A DNA stretch of 64,000 bases, taken from NCBI GenBank assembly GCA_963741205.1, contig CAVUHW010000013.1:32001-96000 (forward strand). The letters are read 5' to 3'. The stretch comes from Nitrospirota bacterium (GTDB lineage Bacteria; Nitrospirota; UBA9217). The notes under the pieces were generated by a model. The model had not been told where the DNA came from. It was given only the letters and a program-made list of their open reading frames with translations, and made no database searches. Below, piece by piece: positions 62,685 through 64,000 of this stretch (position 1 is the stretch's first letter; every line of letters begins with the position of its first letter). Both the position numbers and the translations under genes were made by a program.

Positions 62685-63299
62685 ATGAGCAAGGGAATTA
62701 TAGGAAAAAAGATCGGCATGAGCCAGCAGTTCAGCGGCGGCGAACTCATCCCGGTGACCGTGATTCAGGCAGGCCCCTGCACCGTGGTTCAGAAGAAGAC
62801 CGCGGGGAAAGACGGCTACGACTCCGTGCAGCTCGCTTTCGTTGAGGAGAAAAAGAAGGAGAGGGTGACGAAGGCAATGGCTGGTCACTTTCAGAAGGCG
62901 AACATGCAGCCGCACCGGTTTCTTCGTGAATTCCGCACTGCGGAGTTCGAGCAAGGGCAGGTCGTCACCGTGGATATTTTTACGAAGGGCGAACGCATTG
63001 CCGTAAGCGGTGTGAGCAAAGGAAAAGGGTTCGCCGGCGTGATGAAGCGGCACCAGTTTGCCGGCGGTCCCGGCGGCCACGGCTCCATGTTTAACCGCAG
63101 ACCGGGATCCATAGGCGCCAGCGCCTACCCGTCGCGGGTATGGCCGGGCAAAAAACTGCCGGGGCACATGGGTGTGGTGAATGTCACGCTTAAGAATATA
63201 GAGATTGTAGAGGTACGTCCGGACCAGAACCTGCTGTTTGTCCGCGGAGCAGTTCCGGGCGGAGCGAATGGACTCGTCCTTATCTATAAGGCTGATTAA
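62685..63299 (+). CDS. rplC: 50S ribosomal protein L3
   Basis: [25 protein letters not shown]. Confidence 0.98.
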   Translation: MSKGIIGKKIGMSQQFSGGELIPVTVIQAGPCTVVQKKTAGKDGYDSVQLAFVEEKKKERVTKAMAGHFQKANMQPHRFLREFRTAEFEQGQVVTVDIFTKGERIAVSGVSKGKGFAGVMKRHQFAGGPGGHGSMFNRRPGSIGASAYPSRVWPGKKLPGHMGVVNVTLKNIEIVEVRPDQNLLFVRGAVPGGANGLVLIYKAD

Positions 63300-63324
63300 C
63301 AGCGAGAAGTAGAGGAAAGCTAAA

Positions 63325-63948
63325 ATGCCGTCAGTCTCAATGGTAGACCAAAACAACAAAAAAGTGAAGGATGTAGAACTCCCGAACCTGTTCTCCGCGG
63401 AAGTTCGTCCCTACCTCATGCACGCAGCTGTTGTCAATCAGTTGGCGAACAGGAGAGCCGGGACCGCAGCCACCAAGAACAAGGCGCTGGTTAGCGGTGG
63501 CGGGAAAAAACCCTTCAAGCAGAAGGGGACGGGCAGGGCCCGCGCCGGTAGCAACCGCTCTCCGTTGTGGCGGCATGGGGGCACGGTCTTCGGACCCACG
63601 CCGAGAGATTATTCCTACGCTCTTCCGAAAAAGGCCAAACGGGCGGCACTCATCGATGCCATCACGTCCAAGGTCGCCGAGAACAGGATGATCCTGGTAA
63701 ACAGTCTTGAGCTCGCTGAGCCCAAGACCAGACTGGTATCGTCGATGCTCGAAAACCTCGGGGTGCAGGAAAACGCGCTTGTACTCATCACCGGCGAGAA
63801 CAAAAACCTGAGGCTGGCTGCACGGAATATTCCATCGGTAAAAGTGTTGAAGATGGACAATATCAACGTATATGACCTGCTCAAGTATCGGTACCTCATT
63901 ACCACGCAGGATTCTTTGAATATGATGCAGGAGGTATACGGCAAATGA
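63325..63948 (+). CDS. rplD: 50S ribosomal protein L4
   Basis: KQKGTGRARAG, FGPTPR. Confidence 0.98.
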   Translation: MPSVSMVDQNNKKVKDVELPNLFSAEVRPYLMHAAVVNQLANRRAGTAATKNKALVSGGGKKPFKQKGTGRARAGSNRSPLWRHGGTVFGPTPRDYSYALPKKAKRAALIDAITSKVAENRMILVNSLELAEPKTRLVSSMLENLGVQENALVLITGENKNLRLAARNIPSVKVLKMDNINVYDLLKYRYLITTQDSLNMMQEVYGK

Positions 63949-64000
63949 CGACTGATTTTTATGACATCATCCGTGTGCCGAGGATAACCGAGAAGGGCGC
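63945..64000 (+). CDS. rplW: 50S ribosomal protein L23 (5' part only)
   Basis: MTTDFYDIIRVPRITEKG, ATG overlapping rplD stop. Confidence 0.85.
   Translation, partial: MTTDFYDIIRVPRITEKG

Overview
GC-rich diderm bacterial chromosome segment (lptD present). Gene order and repeat style suggest a Nitrospirota- or Desulfobacterota-like anaerobe (inference). The window is mostly housekeeping: prpB, malQ, a PAS sigma-54 activator, dinG, amidase-GerMN-murI, folC-lptD-cutA, an M23 peptidase, a cold-shock gene, secA, galT-glgA followed by a multi-GAF kinase, receiver and rlmD, a pterin/folate cluster led by an AIF-like flavoreductase, trpE/pabB, cysS, rlmB, five tRNAs, and the tuf-rpmG-secE-nusG-rplKAJL-rpoBC-rpsLG-fusA-tuf-S10 block. 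Many genes, including essential ones, carry single-base frameshifts, most simply explained as long-read indel errors. The most interesting unexplained signals are: (1) a ~310-nt structured non-coding region at 39113-39430 on the minus strand, with an extended -10 promoter, a boxA-like motif, paired termini and a U-tract, which I cannot assign to a known RNA family; (2) many empty intergenic heptamer and nonamer inverted-repeat elements and other small repeats, some nested, placed right after stop codons and tRNAs; (3) a pterin operon with no recognisable pterin-dependent client; (4) a small Cys-rich gene bracketed by a direct repeat next to a transposase-like remnant.
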